64,000 nt of DNA from IMG/VR virus record IMGVR_UViG_2938816664_000004; one strand, written 5' to 3'. A model generated the notes under the pieces. That model had not been told where the DNA came from, did not search any database, and worked only from the letters and a program-made list of their open reading frames with translations. A program made the translations under genes and the position numbers. How positions within the stretch are numbered: position 1 is the first letter of the stretch; each line of letters begins with the position of its first letter. Below, piece by piece: positions 29,965 to 39,434 of the stretch. The DNA is from a virus.

Positions 29965-30077
29965 ATGAAAAAGTATCACTAACTGATATTGAAAGTTTAT
30001 AAGATTGCATCATAAAAATAAAGTAAGTGCTTACTAATATTTTATAATACCCAAATGATGCAATCTCCACCCAAATT

Positions 30078-32000
30078 CTAAGCTAACAACATACTGCGTA
30101 AACGCGAGATTACAAGGCTAGGTAATTGCTCAACGTCATGAATCACCACATGTTTGTCATAGAATCTACGAACAGAATCATCTTCAATTCCAATACCAAT
30201 GACGTCTACCTTGCTCTTCTCGATTTTCTTCACCACTTCTTTTAAATGATATTCCAGATCTCGACTGTTACCTCCACCCGCAGGTGAGCCATCAGATAGC
30301 ACCATCATGATTTTACCTGCTTCCTTACGACCCATTAGACGACGTGCAGCAATTTCTACACATTCGCCATCAATGTTACTCGCCATTAAACCTGAGTGAG
30401 GAAGCCATCCAAATCGACGTTTTGTTTCAGTATTAATGCGCTCGTTGTAGCCTTTAATGACAGGCATATAAAGGTTTTCATAGCGTGAATAACTAACGCC
30501 ATATTTTTTTTCTGCTTCACGAATTTGCTTTAAACGCTTGTGGTAAGTGGCTGAGTCTGTATGAGTAGTAAAGCAGATCACTTCATGAGGAATCTTGAGA
30601 CGATCCAGAACGTTTGATAGTGCGTAACTCGCAGCAGCGGCAGTATGGATTTTAGAACCGCACATTGAACCTGACATATCGACGACCAAGCTCACAGCAA
30701 CGTCTTTGGTTTTTGATTCAACGTGCTTACGAAAAATTCGACAATCACCAGTTGAAGCCAGTCGTGCTAAAGATGAACTGTTTAATTTTCCTTGTTTTAA
30801 TCCATTTTCCCATACAGATTTACTTCGTGCCTGAATTGCCCGCTCCATATCTTTCTGCATAGGACCAACCATTGAAGCTACCTTGTCTTCAAGACGTTTA
30901 AACATCTTGTCATCGTAATGAAGTTTAGGAACTTCAAGCGGTTCAATGACATCACCTTCATTGGTAAATACTGCGTATTTAGATTTTTTAACGTCCGCTG
31001 CTGTGCGTTGTGCAATCTTCTTGCTTAGTTGCTCACTGTAGTTGTTTTTGGTGTCTTTTAACGAGTCCAGAATTGCAGCCACAAATTCACTACGAGGAGG
31101 GGCACTCTTCTTATCGTCACTTTCTAGTGAATGCTTAACTGCATTAGGCCGTTGTTTAGCTTTTCCACCACTACCGCCTTCGCCTTCTTCATCTTCGCCC
31201 TCATCGGCACCAACAGCTCCACCTAGAGAACCACCTTCATCATCATCTTCTTCATTCTCATCTTCGCTATTGCCTACACCAGCGCTTTTACCTGGCGATT
31301 TTGGCACTGGTAAGCTGTCGCTATCTTCATCATGCTCGCTGTCAGGGAGTTCTGGCAATTCAGGCTCATCTTTCAGTACCTTATAGATACGCTGAGCCAA
31401 ATCCATTGTGTCTTTTGTGGACTTTAATTTTTCAATCTCTGGCTTAAAAGGAGTAAGCATGTCCCACACAGGTTTAATATGCTTCATTTTGTCTTTTAAG
31501 TAATGTTCAAAGACTTCCTGACCACTTAACGCACGTAACATTGGCAACATTAAATGTTGCGTAATTTCTTCATCAGAAGCTTTTTCCTTTACAAGTTTTT
31601 GGTATTTATCGTCAATCAATTCATCAATGAAAAATTGGCTCGCATTTTTCATATTGATATTTGAACCGCGATATTTTTCAGCCATGCAACGTTCTACACG
31701 CGCTTCTTCTAACAATGAAGTTAAAGTCTTTACCTCTTCAGATCCTTTTAGCTTGAGAGAAAAATCGGTAAAAAGATACTTCGCTACCTCTTGATCAAGA
31801 AAACCTTGAACCGCATCAATCAGCGAATCTGGTGAATTGTCCGGAAGATATGGAAGGTTAATTCGCACAGGTTTGCCTGTCTTTGGATCCTTATGCACAC
31901 CTGCCTCAATACCTTCTTGCGTTACTGCAATATCAGAGTTAGTCAGTGCTTGGGTAACGACGACAATTGCTTGTCTTAAAATATGTATGCGCTCATTCAT
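30078..32000 (-). CDS. CobT-like VWA-domain protein
   Basis: Acidic linker; DMSGSM MIDAS, NIDGE, VLSDGSP; partner of the CobS-like ATPase. Confidence 0.85.
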   Translation of the reverse strand: MNERIHILRQAIVVVTQALTNSDIAVTQEGIEAGVHKDPKTGKPVRINLPYLPDNSPDSLIDAVQGFLDQEVAKYLFTDFSLKLKGSEEVKTLTSLLEEARVERCMAEKYRGSNINMKNASQFFIDELIDDKYQKLVKEKASDEEITQHLMLPMLRALSGQEVFEHYLKDKMKHIKPVWDMLTPFKPEIEKLKSTKDTMDLAQRIYKVLKDEPELPELPDSEHDEDSDSLPVPKSPGKSAGVGNSEDENEEDDDEGGSLGGAVGADEGEDEEGEGGSGGKAKQRPNAVKHSLESDDKKSAPPRSEFVAAILDSLKDTKNNYSEQLSKKIAQRTAADVKKSKYAVFTNEGDVIEPLEVPKLHYDDKMFKRLEDKVASMVGPMQKDMERAIQARSKSVWENGLKQGKLNSSSLARLASTGDCRIFRKHVESKTKDVAVSLVVDMSGSMCGSKIHTAAAASYALSNVLDRLKIPHEVICFTTHTDSATYHKRLKQIREAEKKYGVSYSRYENLYMPVIKGYNERINTETKRRFGWLPHSGLMASNIDGECVEIAARRLMGRKEAGKIMMVLSDGSPAGGGNSRDLEYHLKEVVKKIEKSKVDVIGIGIEDDSVRRFYDKHVVIHDVEQLPSLVISRLRSMLLA

Positions 32001-32240
32001 TGAAAATTCTCAATCTAAAAAAATCATTATTGGAGGTCTATATACAGACTTGACAGTATATTAATAAGTGCTTACTAATATTAAAAAGCATTATAAAAAT
32101 ATTTATTGAAAAATAAAGAGTGAAATTGGGGAGATTTTGAGTTTTAATAGAGGGTTTATTTTGACCGTGGTCAGCATCAAACCTTGGACACTAACCACAG
32201 AGAAGGGTCAAGTGAGGGATTTTTAATTATTTAGGTAGAC

Positions 32241-32435
32241 TCATAAGACTATATAGCTAAGTTTAATAAACAAATTTTCGCCAAGTGCATTGTTAATCAC
32301 AAGAAAATCACCGCATTCCTCATTTTTTCCTTTAATTACATTAATTTGATTGCCCTCAAAGATCAGTTCAGAACCCTGCTCTGCCAAGAAATCTGCTACG
32401 GTTTCAGGTGTAATAACTTCAACACTTTTCGACAT
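32241..32435 (-). CDS. Small hypothetical protein divergent from the repressor
   Basis: 64 aa, AGGAG SD. Confidence 0.55.
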   Translation of the reverse strand: MSKSVEVITPETVADFLAEQGSELIFEGNQINVIKGKNEECGDFLVINNALGENLFIKLSYIVL

Positions 32436-32856
32436 TTTTTACTCCTATACTCTAACTATCATACTTTTTTGACAAATAATTGGCTTGAATGAGGCTTATA
32501 CTTCCTCTTGGTATCAGTCGATACGTTGTCATTATAGTATGATTGTCTGCATCAGCTAACAAATTGCCTGTACTTAAAATGAGCATCTACTCACCTATAG
32601 TCTGACCATTAGTTTAACCCAAAAATAAGAAAATATTAATCAATGCTTACTTACTAAATTTTTCCGTTAATTGTGACCGATGTCATGTTATCCAATCCTA
32701 TACAAATCTGTACTTTTCTTGAACTTGGGTAAATCAGCACTTACTGATATAATTTACCTAAACCGCAAATATTTTAAGTCTATAATGTTGTATCGAGGAT
32801 ACATTCCGACATTATGACTTTATATCTATTAAGAATATTCTAAGGAAAACGTTACT

Positions 32857-33276
32857 ATGAAATCAGCAGCTACTAACACCAAACGCAAACTAACTGTCGC
32901 CCAATATCTCGACGCTCAACTAAATGCATCGGATCTGAATCAGTCGCAATTGGCAGAGATCATGGGTATCAATCAAAACATGGTTAGCTTCATTGTTCGC
33001 GGTAAAAGCAAATTACCTCTTGAACGTGTGCGCGCTATGGCCGATGCTTTAAAAATCGATGCTAAAGACCTCTTCATGCGCTGCCTAGAGGAATACATGC
33101 CTCATCTGCTTGAAGAAATGGAAGCCATGATTGAGCAACCTCTTATTACTGATGCAGAATCGAATTTAATTAAACAAATTCGCGAAGCAAACGCTGGCCA
33201 TAATTTTGAGTTTTTCAATAACCCAAGACAGAAAGAAGCCTTTGATGCTTTCCTAGAAACACTTAAAGCCAGCTAA
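32857..33276 (+). CDS. XRE-family HTH transcriptional regulator (putative repressor)
   Basis: LNQSQLAEIMGINQNMVSFIVRGKSKLP HTH; no S24 peptidase domain. Confidence 0.8.
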   Translation: MKSAATNTKRKLTVAQYLDAQLNASDLNQSQLAEIMGINQNMVSFIVRGKSKLPLERVRAMADALKIDAKDLFMRCLEEYMPHLLEEMEAMIEQPLITDAESNLIKQIREANAGHNFEFFNNPRQKEAFDAFLETLKAS

Positions 33277-33294
33277 TCTGTTTTTATTCTTACT

Positions 33295-33317
33295 GCCCGA
33301 TCAAGTTCGGGCTTTTT
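33295..33317 (+). terminator. Terminator after the repressor gene
   Basis: GCCCGA-TCAAGT-TCGGGC-TTTTT. Confidence 0.7.
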
Positions 33318-33376
33318 GCTATTCATACCCTTTAAATTACTGTTTTTAAATTTTTCTTTCATAGCTCCTCCTAAAC

Positions 33377-33397
33377 TTGAAAACGTTACAAAATCAA
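33377..33397. promoter_or_regulatory. Second SOS (UmuDAb-type) box
   Basis: TTGAAAACGTTACAAAATCAA; reverse complement TTGATTTTGTAACGTTTTCAA has the same pattern as 568-588. Confidence 0.65.
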
Positions 33398-33614
33398 GAT
33401 TGGTATAGATTACCAATTTAAATCAAACTTTGAAATACCACTCTTAATAGAAAAGTACGTATACGACAGGATATGACGCCCTGCCTTTTTGCACCCCCAA
33501 AAAATATAATAAAATGTATCTTTTATTACATTTTTTATTTTTCGACATGTGGTAGACTGTTTTATATCCTTTCCGTTTTTGGAAAAATGTAATAAAAAAT
33601 TATTTGGTCGATTT

Positions 33615-34199
33615 ATGGCAAGAACAACAACTGGAAAAGCCCCATATGTGTCAGAAGATGATCTTGAGATTACTTTGGCCACTCAAACGGGCGTAAATGC
33701 ATTACGGAACAAATGTGTTTTGTATTTCTCACACTTCCTTGGGCTTCGCGCTAAAGAATTATCAATGTTAAAGGTCGGCGATGTTTACGATGTGAAGAAG
33801 GGTAAGCTGAAGGATATTATTCGATTGCTCGGTAATATTACTAAAGGCAACCGCTACCGAGAGGTATTCCTGGTCAATCCAATCGCTAGATCACTGGTAG
33901 AAGAATACATAACAAAAGAAAGACCAAAGGATCCAGACGCACCTTTATTTTTATCGCAGAAGGGCGGTCCATTCTCACCAAATAGCATGGTGACCATGAT
34001 TAATAACTGTTATAAGAAGGCTGGTATTCAAGCAACCAGCCATTCCGGTCGACGTTCCTTTGCCACAAGGCTAATAAGAAAGGGCGGTGATATTTATTCA
34101 ATTCAACAATTGATGGGGCATAGCTCAATCCTGACCACGCAAAAATATTTTGCATCGGATCCGGAATTGCTCCGCCAAGTTGCTGAAAAGTTAAATTAA
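33615..34199 (+). CDS. Tyrosine recombinase (catalytic-domain-only size, 194 aa)
   Basis: GLRAKE, TKG, HSGRR, MGHSS, TQKY catalytic residues. Confidence 0.88.
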   Translation: MARTTTGKAPYVSEDDLEITLATQTGVNALRNKCVLYFSHFLGLRAKELSMLKVGDVYDVKKGKLKDIIRLLGNITKGNRYREVFLVNPIARSLVEEYITKERPKDPDAPLFLSQKGGPFSPNSMVTMINNCYKKAGIQATSHSGRRSFATRLIRKGGDIYSIQQLMGHSSILTTQKYFASDPELLRQVAEKLN

Positions 34200-34203
34200 A
34201 ATT

Positions 34204-34611
34204 TCAAAAATCTAGTTTTGTGCAGCAGGCTTTGGATTTCAAAGTCTGCATATAGATAGTTGCAGTCTCACCATTATCTAGGTAATCATCCATTCGCTGC
34301 TCAAAATCTTTTTGGTTGTAGAATTTTAATTCATTAATATCAAAGCGGTTTTTATCAAATTCAACGGCAACGGCTTCGTTTTCATTCATGAGCTCCAGAA
34401 CCTTATTTGCACCTTGAATGCCGCCAAGCATATCAATTTCGCTCTTGGCTAATTTAAATTCCTGATCATCCAACTCATCAGCAATCTTGTTTGCTTCTTC
34501 TAAAGTTTTCGCACTCGTAGCATCAAAGAACACAACTTCACCATTTGCATTCTGAATCCAAGTACCTATTTCAAAAGTTCCATCTTCTAATTGTCTGATT
34601 TGATTCTGCAT
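34204..34611 (-). CDS. Hypothetical acidic protein
   Basis: 135-aa ORF. Confidence 0.55.
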   Translation of the reverse strand: MQNQIRQLEDGTFEIGTWIQNANGEVVFFDATSAKTLEEANKIADELDDQEFKLAKSEIDMLGGIQGANKVLELMNENEAVAVEFDKNRFDINELKFYNQKDFEQRMDDYLDNGETATIYMQTLKSKACCTKLDF

Positions 34612-34695
34612 TTTAAGCCTATGAATTTATATGTAAGCAATTAGAACTAATAAACATTTTGTTTTGGTTAAATACAATCTGATTTTTAAATTAAT

Positions 34696-34730
34696 AATCT
34701 ATATAGATTTCTATATAGATTTCTACATAT
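34696..34730. repeat. Tandem TCTATATAGATT repeats upstream of parA (candidate centromere/operator)
   Basis: Two exact and one partial copy, 12-bp period, each with a palindromic core. Confidence 0.5.
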
Positions 34731-34813
34731 CAATGAATACAAGTTTATACATTGTTATCTAGCGCATTTACTATTACACTACGATTTTCGCCAACGTTTA
34801 TGTTGAGGATTTA

Positions 34814-35491
34814 ATGAAATTATTGATCGCCAATTCAAAAGGTGGCGTCGGCAAAACAACTACGGCTACCAATTTGGCTGCATGGATTGCCAATAATGAA
34901 AAACAAGATGTAGCTCTTGTCGACCTTGACGCCAATAAAAATTCGGTTAAATGGGGGATTTATCGTCAAGCCCAAACTTTCTTAGAAAAGACCGGCTCAA
35001 TCAAAACTTATCATTTGTTTGGTCAACCTGAAATTGACAAAGTCATTCCAAAAATTGAAAGTGAAACACCCAACGTAATTCTCGATTGCGGTGGTTATGA
35101 CTCTTCTGGCTTCCGTGAAGCGCTGCTTTGCTCCGATGCCATTCTTATTCCAACTCGCCCTAACCAAGCTGACGTAGAATCAACTGGGGAAATTTTGGAA
35201 TTAATTGAAGAAGCAAATAATATCCGTGTAAATGAAAGGGACCTCGATCCACTTCATGTCTACATCTATATCACTCAAGTCCCGACAAATGCACGTATCA
35301 CAGCTTTAGACGATGCGCGTAATGCGTTTAAAGAAGTTGAAGATTTTGCAAAAGTTCTCGATTCAGTAAATTACGACCGTATTGCATATTCAAGAGCTTA
35401 TGGCATGGGTCTTGGTGTTATTGAGTTAAATATTGGTGCCTCTAAGGCAGCAGAAGAAGTAAATGCATTGGCTGAGGAGTTGTTCAAATGA
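34814..35491 (+). CDS. parA: ParA-family partition ATPase
   Basis: KGGVGKTT, VDLDAN, ILDCGG, DRIAY. Confidence 0.92.
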   Translation: MKLLIANSKGGVGKTTTATNLAAWIANNEKQDVALVDLDANKNSVKWGIYRQAQTFLEKTGSIKTYHLFGQPEIDKVIPKIESETPNVILDCGGYDSSGFREALLCSDAILIPTRPNQADVESTGEILELIEEANNIRVNERDLDPLHVYIYITQVPTNARITALDDARNAFKEVEDFAKVLDSVNYDRIAYSRAYGMGLGVIELNIGASKAAEEVNALAEELFK

Positions 35492-35916
35492 GTGGACGTG
35501 GTGGATTATCATTAGGCAAAGCTGCAAAAGTACAAGCTGAAAATTCAAATGCTTCTGATTTTACCAAGAGTGCTCCAGTACAAACTGCAACAGCAACGCC
35601 AGAAGCTAATGAAAAACCTGTAGATTTTGAAAAGCTTGATGAGCTATCAGGATTAAGCAAACCTAAAGAGAAAAAGGACCGTGAAGCGCCTTGGCGTCAG
35701 GGCATTAATATTGCTCCTGAAGACTTGAAATTAATTCAACGTCCTTTTAACAACAATATTAGCCAAGAAATGTACCTTCGTTTGAACTGGCTTAAATCTA
35801 TCAGCTCCATTGGCATGGGTTCTAACAAGACCACTTTTACAACCATGCTCAATGAAGCTTTAGAAGAATATACGGCTCGTCGAATCAAAAAACTCGGCGA
35901 CAATTACGACGTCTGA
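35488..35916 (+). CDS. Putative type Ib partition adaptor (ParG-like)
   Basis: Coupled to parA; flexible N-terminus, short strand-helix-helix C-terminus. Confidence 0.6.
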   Translation: MSGRGGLSLGKAAKVQAENSNASDFTKSAPVQTATATPEANEKPVDFEKLDELSGLSKPKEKKDREAPWRQGINIAPEDLKLIQRPFNNNISQEMYLRLNWLKSISSIGMGSNKTTFTTMLNEALEEYTARRIKKLGDNYDV

Positions 35917-36524
35917 CCAAGAAATTCAAACCATTCGTCGTAAATAATATTCTCGTATTTTAGGGCAAGCAGTTTGAAGTCAAAACCAAAGGCTTCAAAC
36001 ACAGCTTGCTCTAAATTTTTGAGCTTTTCATGCTCCTTTTCCTCATTTGATTCCCAAAATAAATAGTTTGTTTTGATACTCACAGGGCAATTTTTAATAA
36101 TTTCTCTCGCTAGTTTTGAGTTTCTAGCCGCCACATTGGCTTGTCTAACTTCTAAGTTTGTCACTTCATCAAGGCTTAATCCTGATTCTAATGAGAACAA
36201 CACAGCCTTTCTTTCAACTTCCTTCAGCTTCAATAAACCAGCAATTAGGTTGCTCACCGTAATGGAATGATCTTTTTTTGATTTAAATCGGGCAATTTTT
36301 ACCGAGTTGATTTGGCGGTTATAAATAGCGTCATTAATCTGACTAACCGCGTATTCAATTTCCTTATCAATTTGACTTTCTTCATTTTTAAACTTGAATT
36401 TAGCAATTACGGCGTTTAATTGATAATTTGTAATTCTTTCAATGTGAGTGGTCCATAATTTCGTAGTTGCCAAATCGCTATTTTTAAGTGCAGGCAAAAC
36501 ACCAGGAACAGATTTTAGTAGCAT
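35904..36524 (-). CDS. Hypothetical protein
   Basis: 206-aa ORF with GGAG SD. Confidence 0.6.
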   Translation of the reverse strand: MLLKSVPGVLPALKNSDLATTKLWTTHIERITNYQLNAVIAKFKFKNEESQIDKEIEYAVSQINDAIYNRQINSVKIARFKSKKDHSITVSNLIAGLLKLKEVERKAVLFSLESGLSLDEVTNLEVRQANVAARNSKLAREIIKNCPVSIKTNYLFWESNEEKEHEKLKNLEQAVFEAFGFDFKLLALKYENIIYDEWFEFLGQTS

Positions 36525-36596
36525 AAAAAAACTCCGAAATTATTGAAATTATCGGAGCATTCTATTTTAGGAAATTTTAATTGTTCATCAAAATGC

Positions 36597-37175
36597 TTAG
36601 GCTATTTTATCTAAATGTCCTGCACGGCGCACATGATCTAAAATCGGCTCTAAGGCATCTTCAATTGTTTCATCATTCTGAATCAACATATCGTACTGGT
36701 TGATTTCGTTTATCCAATGAGATTCGACCTGAATCATGACCTCTAAACGTTCCGCAAGTTTCTGATCTGCTCGAACAATTAAACGTTGTAGACGGCTTTT
36801 AATATCAGCGTCGACAAAAACCCCAAGATATTTAATTTCATTTGCTTTCAGATAACGCTTAATCTTCTTATATCCATTTGGGTCGACAATAATTATGGCA
36901 TTTCGATCATCTGGCAAGGTTTTGAAATTATCAATCGTTACGCCATATTCATAATTACCATGTTTATTTGTCTCAAGGAACTGATCAGCCTTTTTTAGTG
37001 CATCAAACTCTGTTTGAGTAATAAAGTGGTAGTGCAAACCATCAACCTCACCTTCCCGTTTCGGCCGTGATGTTGTGGTAACAATACGATTAAACCCATA
37101 TTTCTCGGTCAGCGCGTCAGCAATGGCTGTTTTGCCGCTGCACGTTGTTCCAGATAACAATACAAACATCGTCAT
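36597..37175 (-). CDS. Guanylate-kinase-like nucleotide kinase
   Basis: SGTTCSGKT, TTSRPKREGEVDGLHYHF, YEYG. Confidence 0.85.
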   Translation of the reverse strand: MTMFVLLSGTTCSGKTAIADALTEKYGFNRIVTTTSRPKREGEVDGLHYHFITQTEFDALKKADQFLETNKHGNYEYGVTIDNFKTLPDDRNAIIIVDPNGYKKIKRYLKANEIKYLGVFVDADIKSRLQRLIVRADQKLAERLEVMIQVESHWINEINQYDMLIQNDETIEDALEPILDHVRRAGHLDKIA

Positions 37176-37208
37176 ACCTCATAAGAAGAGGCGGTAGAAC
37201 CGCCCCAA

Positions 37209-38912
37209 TTAATCCCGATCAATACACTTCCAACCTTGGAAACTTCCGCTTGAATAAGGGATGCAATCTGTAAATGCATAGTAATCATATTGGAAACCAA
37301 TCTTACGCGATTTCTTCTGTGTAGATGAAGAAGAAACAGGCATCGGTTTAGCAGGCGTTGTAACAGGCTTCACAGAACGAATCGTACTAGGTTTTGTCAC
37401 GGTCTTAACTGGACTAGAACGAAAACTTGTAGTGGTCGGAGCGCGTGTGGACGAGCTGCTGTAAGACCGCGCAAAAGATGTCGAAGGACGAGCTGAGGAT
37501 ACAGACGCTGCTCTCGCTACCACCACCGCTTCACTTTCTGCCAGCTTCTTGGCAGCTTCGATAGCGTTTTTGAATTGCTCTTCAATACGTTTTAAATCAT
37601 CAGCTTCCGTTTTATCGATTCGATAGCAGTCCTCAACCATACGCGGCAAATACAACGAGTAATTCTGGTTACTGTTGGATGGACGCATAATGGCATTTGA
37701 ACGCACAGTGATTATTCGACCAATCCAGTCACTAGGGTTTGCATCCACCTCGTCGCGCATTTTTTCATTCTTGATGGCGACATCCACAATGACTTGACCA
37801 CATACAGATTTACAATGCAAAGCTCCAGCTCTCCCTTGGTTCTTTGAACCCACCTTACCCGGATTAATGCTCACGACCTCCAGCTCACAATCCGCATCAA
37901 GTTTTAATTTAACTTGGTGTTTACTTGTACCGTCTCTCCAGTGACCTTCTGGATGCTTGATTACCAGCCCCTCTTTGCCCTGCATAAGTACATTAAAGAA
38001 GTGATCGTAAGTCTCGCTCAATGAGTGGACAACATGCGTATCAATCAGCCGCACATACTTAGGCTTAAACTTGGCCAGCATCGATTTAATCAGTGCAATA
38101 CGGCGTTTATATGCTGCTTCAAATTTTCCCTTTGACTTAACAGAGCTAAGCGGAATGAAGTCCCAAATCATATAGATCGGTTTTTCATTTTCAGCAAATG
38201 AGCCACCCTTTGTGACCGAATTCAAGATGCCATTTCCTACCTTGCGCGGCAGAACTACACCATCACGCTCGACAAGTAGTTCGCCATGATATTGGACATC
38301 TTTGATCAGCATATTCATTTCCGCAGTAAGGTCGGAAAAATGCTCCATAGGTAACGGCGTGCCCTGGCGTGAGGACAAGAAGAACTTCTCTTCTAAATTG
38401 GTCCCGTTGGCAAACATGCCATCAGCTTTTTCTTGCAAATAAATGCCATCTTTCCACGGCCATGCCTTCAGCTTTACTTCACTAGGCAATGAACAGCGTT
38501 GGTATGGAAATACAGGAATCAAATCAGGCACGACTTTGTTGATCGTTGCATCACTAAAACCTGCACGTAAATCTTTTCTTAAAATTCGAATTAAAAGCTC
38601 GCCTGACTTCTCTGATAATTGAGCCAGTTGGCTACGCAGCGCTTCGCGCGCTGCATTGCCTGTTAGTTCACGGTTATTAAGCTTAGATAGGAACTCAAGG
38701 GTATCAACCTCATCAAACATTAACTCCCCTGTTCCTGCATCTTCTGCTTTTGGCAAAATTCCAAAGACAATAAACGGGTCATATGCCAAACGCAGAACTT
38801 CTCTGAACAACCCCTTTTCTGCTTCAAAATCCATGAGTAAAGCTAGTTTTTCATTTTTTGAGCTTTCAGATGCAATTTGGTTTAAAGCCTCTAGTAACTG
38901 ATCGCTATTCAT
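37209..38912 (-). CDS. ATP-dependent DNA ligase with S/T/P-rich C-terminal extension
   Basis: QEKADG motif I, HGEL, EGLVIK, KLK, SLYLPR. Confidence 0.88.
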   Translation of the reverse strand: MNSDQLLEALNQIASESSKNEKLALLMDFEAEKGLFREVLRLAYDPFIVFGILPKAEDAGTGELMFDEVDTLEFLSKLNNRELTGNAAREALRSQLAQLSEKSGELLIRILRKDLRAGFSDATINKVVPDLIPVFPYQRCSLPSEVKLKAWPWKDGIYLQEKADGMFANGTNLEEKFFLSSRQGTPLPMEHFSDLTAEMNMLIKDVQYHGELLVERDGVVLPRKVGNGILNSVTKGGSFAENEKPIYMIWDFIPLSSVKSKGKFEAAYKRRIALIKSMLAKFKPKYVRLIDTHVVHSLSETYDHFFNVLMQGKEGLVIKHPEGHWRDGTSKHQVKLKLDADCELEVVSINPGKVGSKNQGRAGALHCKSVCGQVIVDVAIKNEKMRDEVDANPSDWIGRIITVRSNAIMRPSNSNQNYSLYLPRMVEDCYRIDKTEADDLKRIEEQFKNAIEAAKKLAESEAVVVARAASVSSARPSTSFARSYSSSSTRAPTTTSFRSSPVKTVTKPSTIRSVKPVTTPAKPMPVSSSSTQKKSRKIGFQYDYYAFTDCIPYSSGSFQGWKCIDRD

Positions 38913-38924
38913 TGCTACACCTTA

Positions 38925-39434
38925 TTACTGCTTTGCAAATGAAGGAATAAATGAATCTTTAAATGGGGAATCGCCTTCTTTGGATTTCAGCATTTCGCTT
39001 TTAGCGTTTTTAATCACTTCTCTAACATGGGCTTGATGAGCTTTAAATACTTCTTCGCCGAAATGCTCTTTTGCAGCTTGCAGAAAGACCGCTAGCCAAT
39101 GATTGGTAAAATCACGAAGCATGTGACCTAGATCAAGCAAATATTCATCTTCTGATTTTTGAGCCAATAATTGTGCATATTCCTGAATTGATTCTGTGCC
39201 GGTATTCACGACTAATGCTGCTTGAACCTGTGCAACCACCCCCATAATGGCTCTCATGTAAACTTCAAGCTGTTGTGGACCATTAACGTGAGCTTTTACA
39301 AACTCTTCGGTTAAATCCTGAATCTTGCGCATGTGATCAGGAAGCAAAGTCATGAAGCGTAATTCCTCAGCATCTACATTTGACTCTTTTAATGCCTTGA
39401 TTAAAGCTTCTAATAAATCTTCTGCGTTGCTCAT
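38925..39434 (-). CDS. Hypothetical protein
   Basis: 169-aa ORF in a coupled operon. Confidence 0.6.
   Translation of the reverse strand: MSNAEDLLEALIKALKESNVDAEELRFMTLLPDHMRKIQDLTEEFVKAHVNGPQQLEVYMRAIMGVVAQVQAALVVNTGTESIQEYAQLLAQKSEDEYLLDLGHMLRDFTNHWLAVFLQAAKEHFGEEVFKAHQAHVREVIKNAKSEMLKSKEGDSPFKDSFIPSFAKQ

Noticed and set aside
27496..32000. Cobalamin biosynthesis
   Set aside because: No cobN or other cob genes; the pair sits among phage replication genes
34196..34270. Possible frameshift at the 3' end of the 135-aa ORF (alternative ending YLYADFEIQSLLHKTRFLKF)
   Set aside because: Cannot be told from a natural ending without homologues or reads
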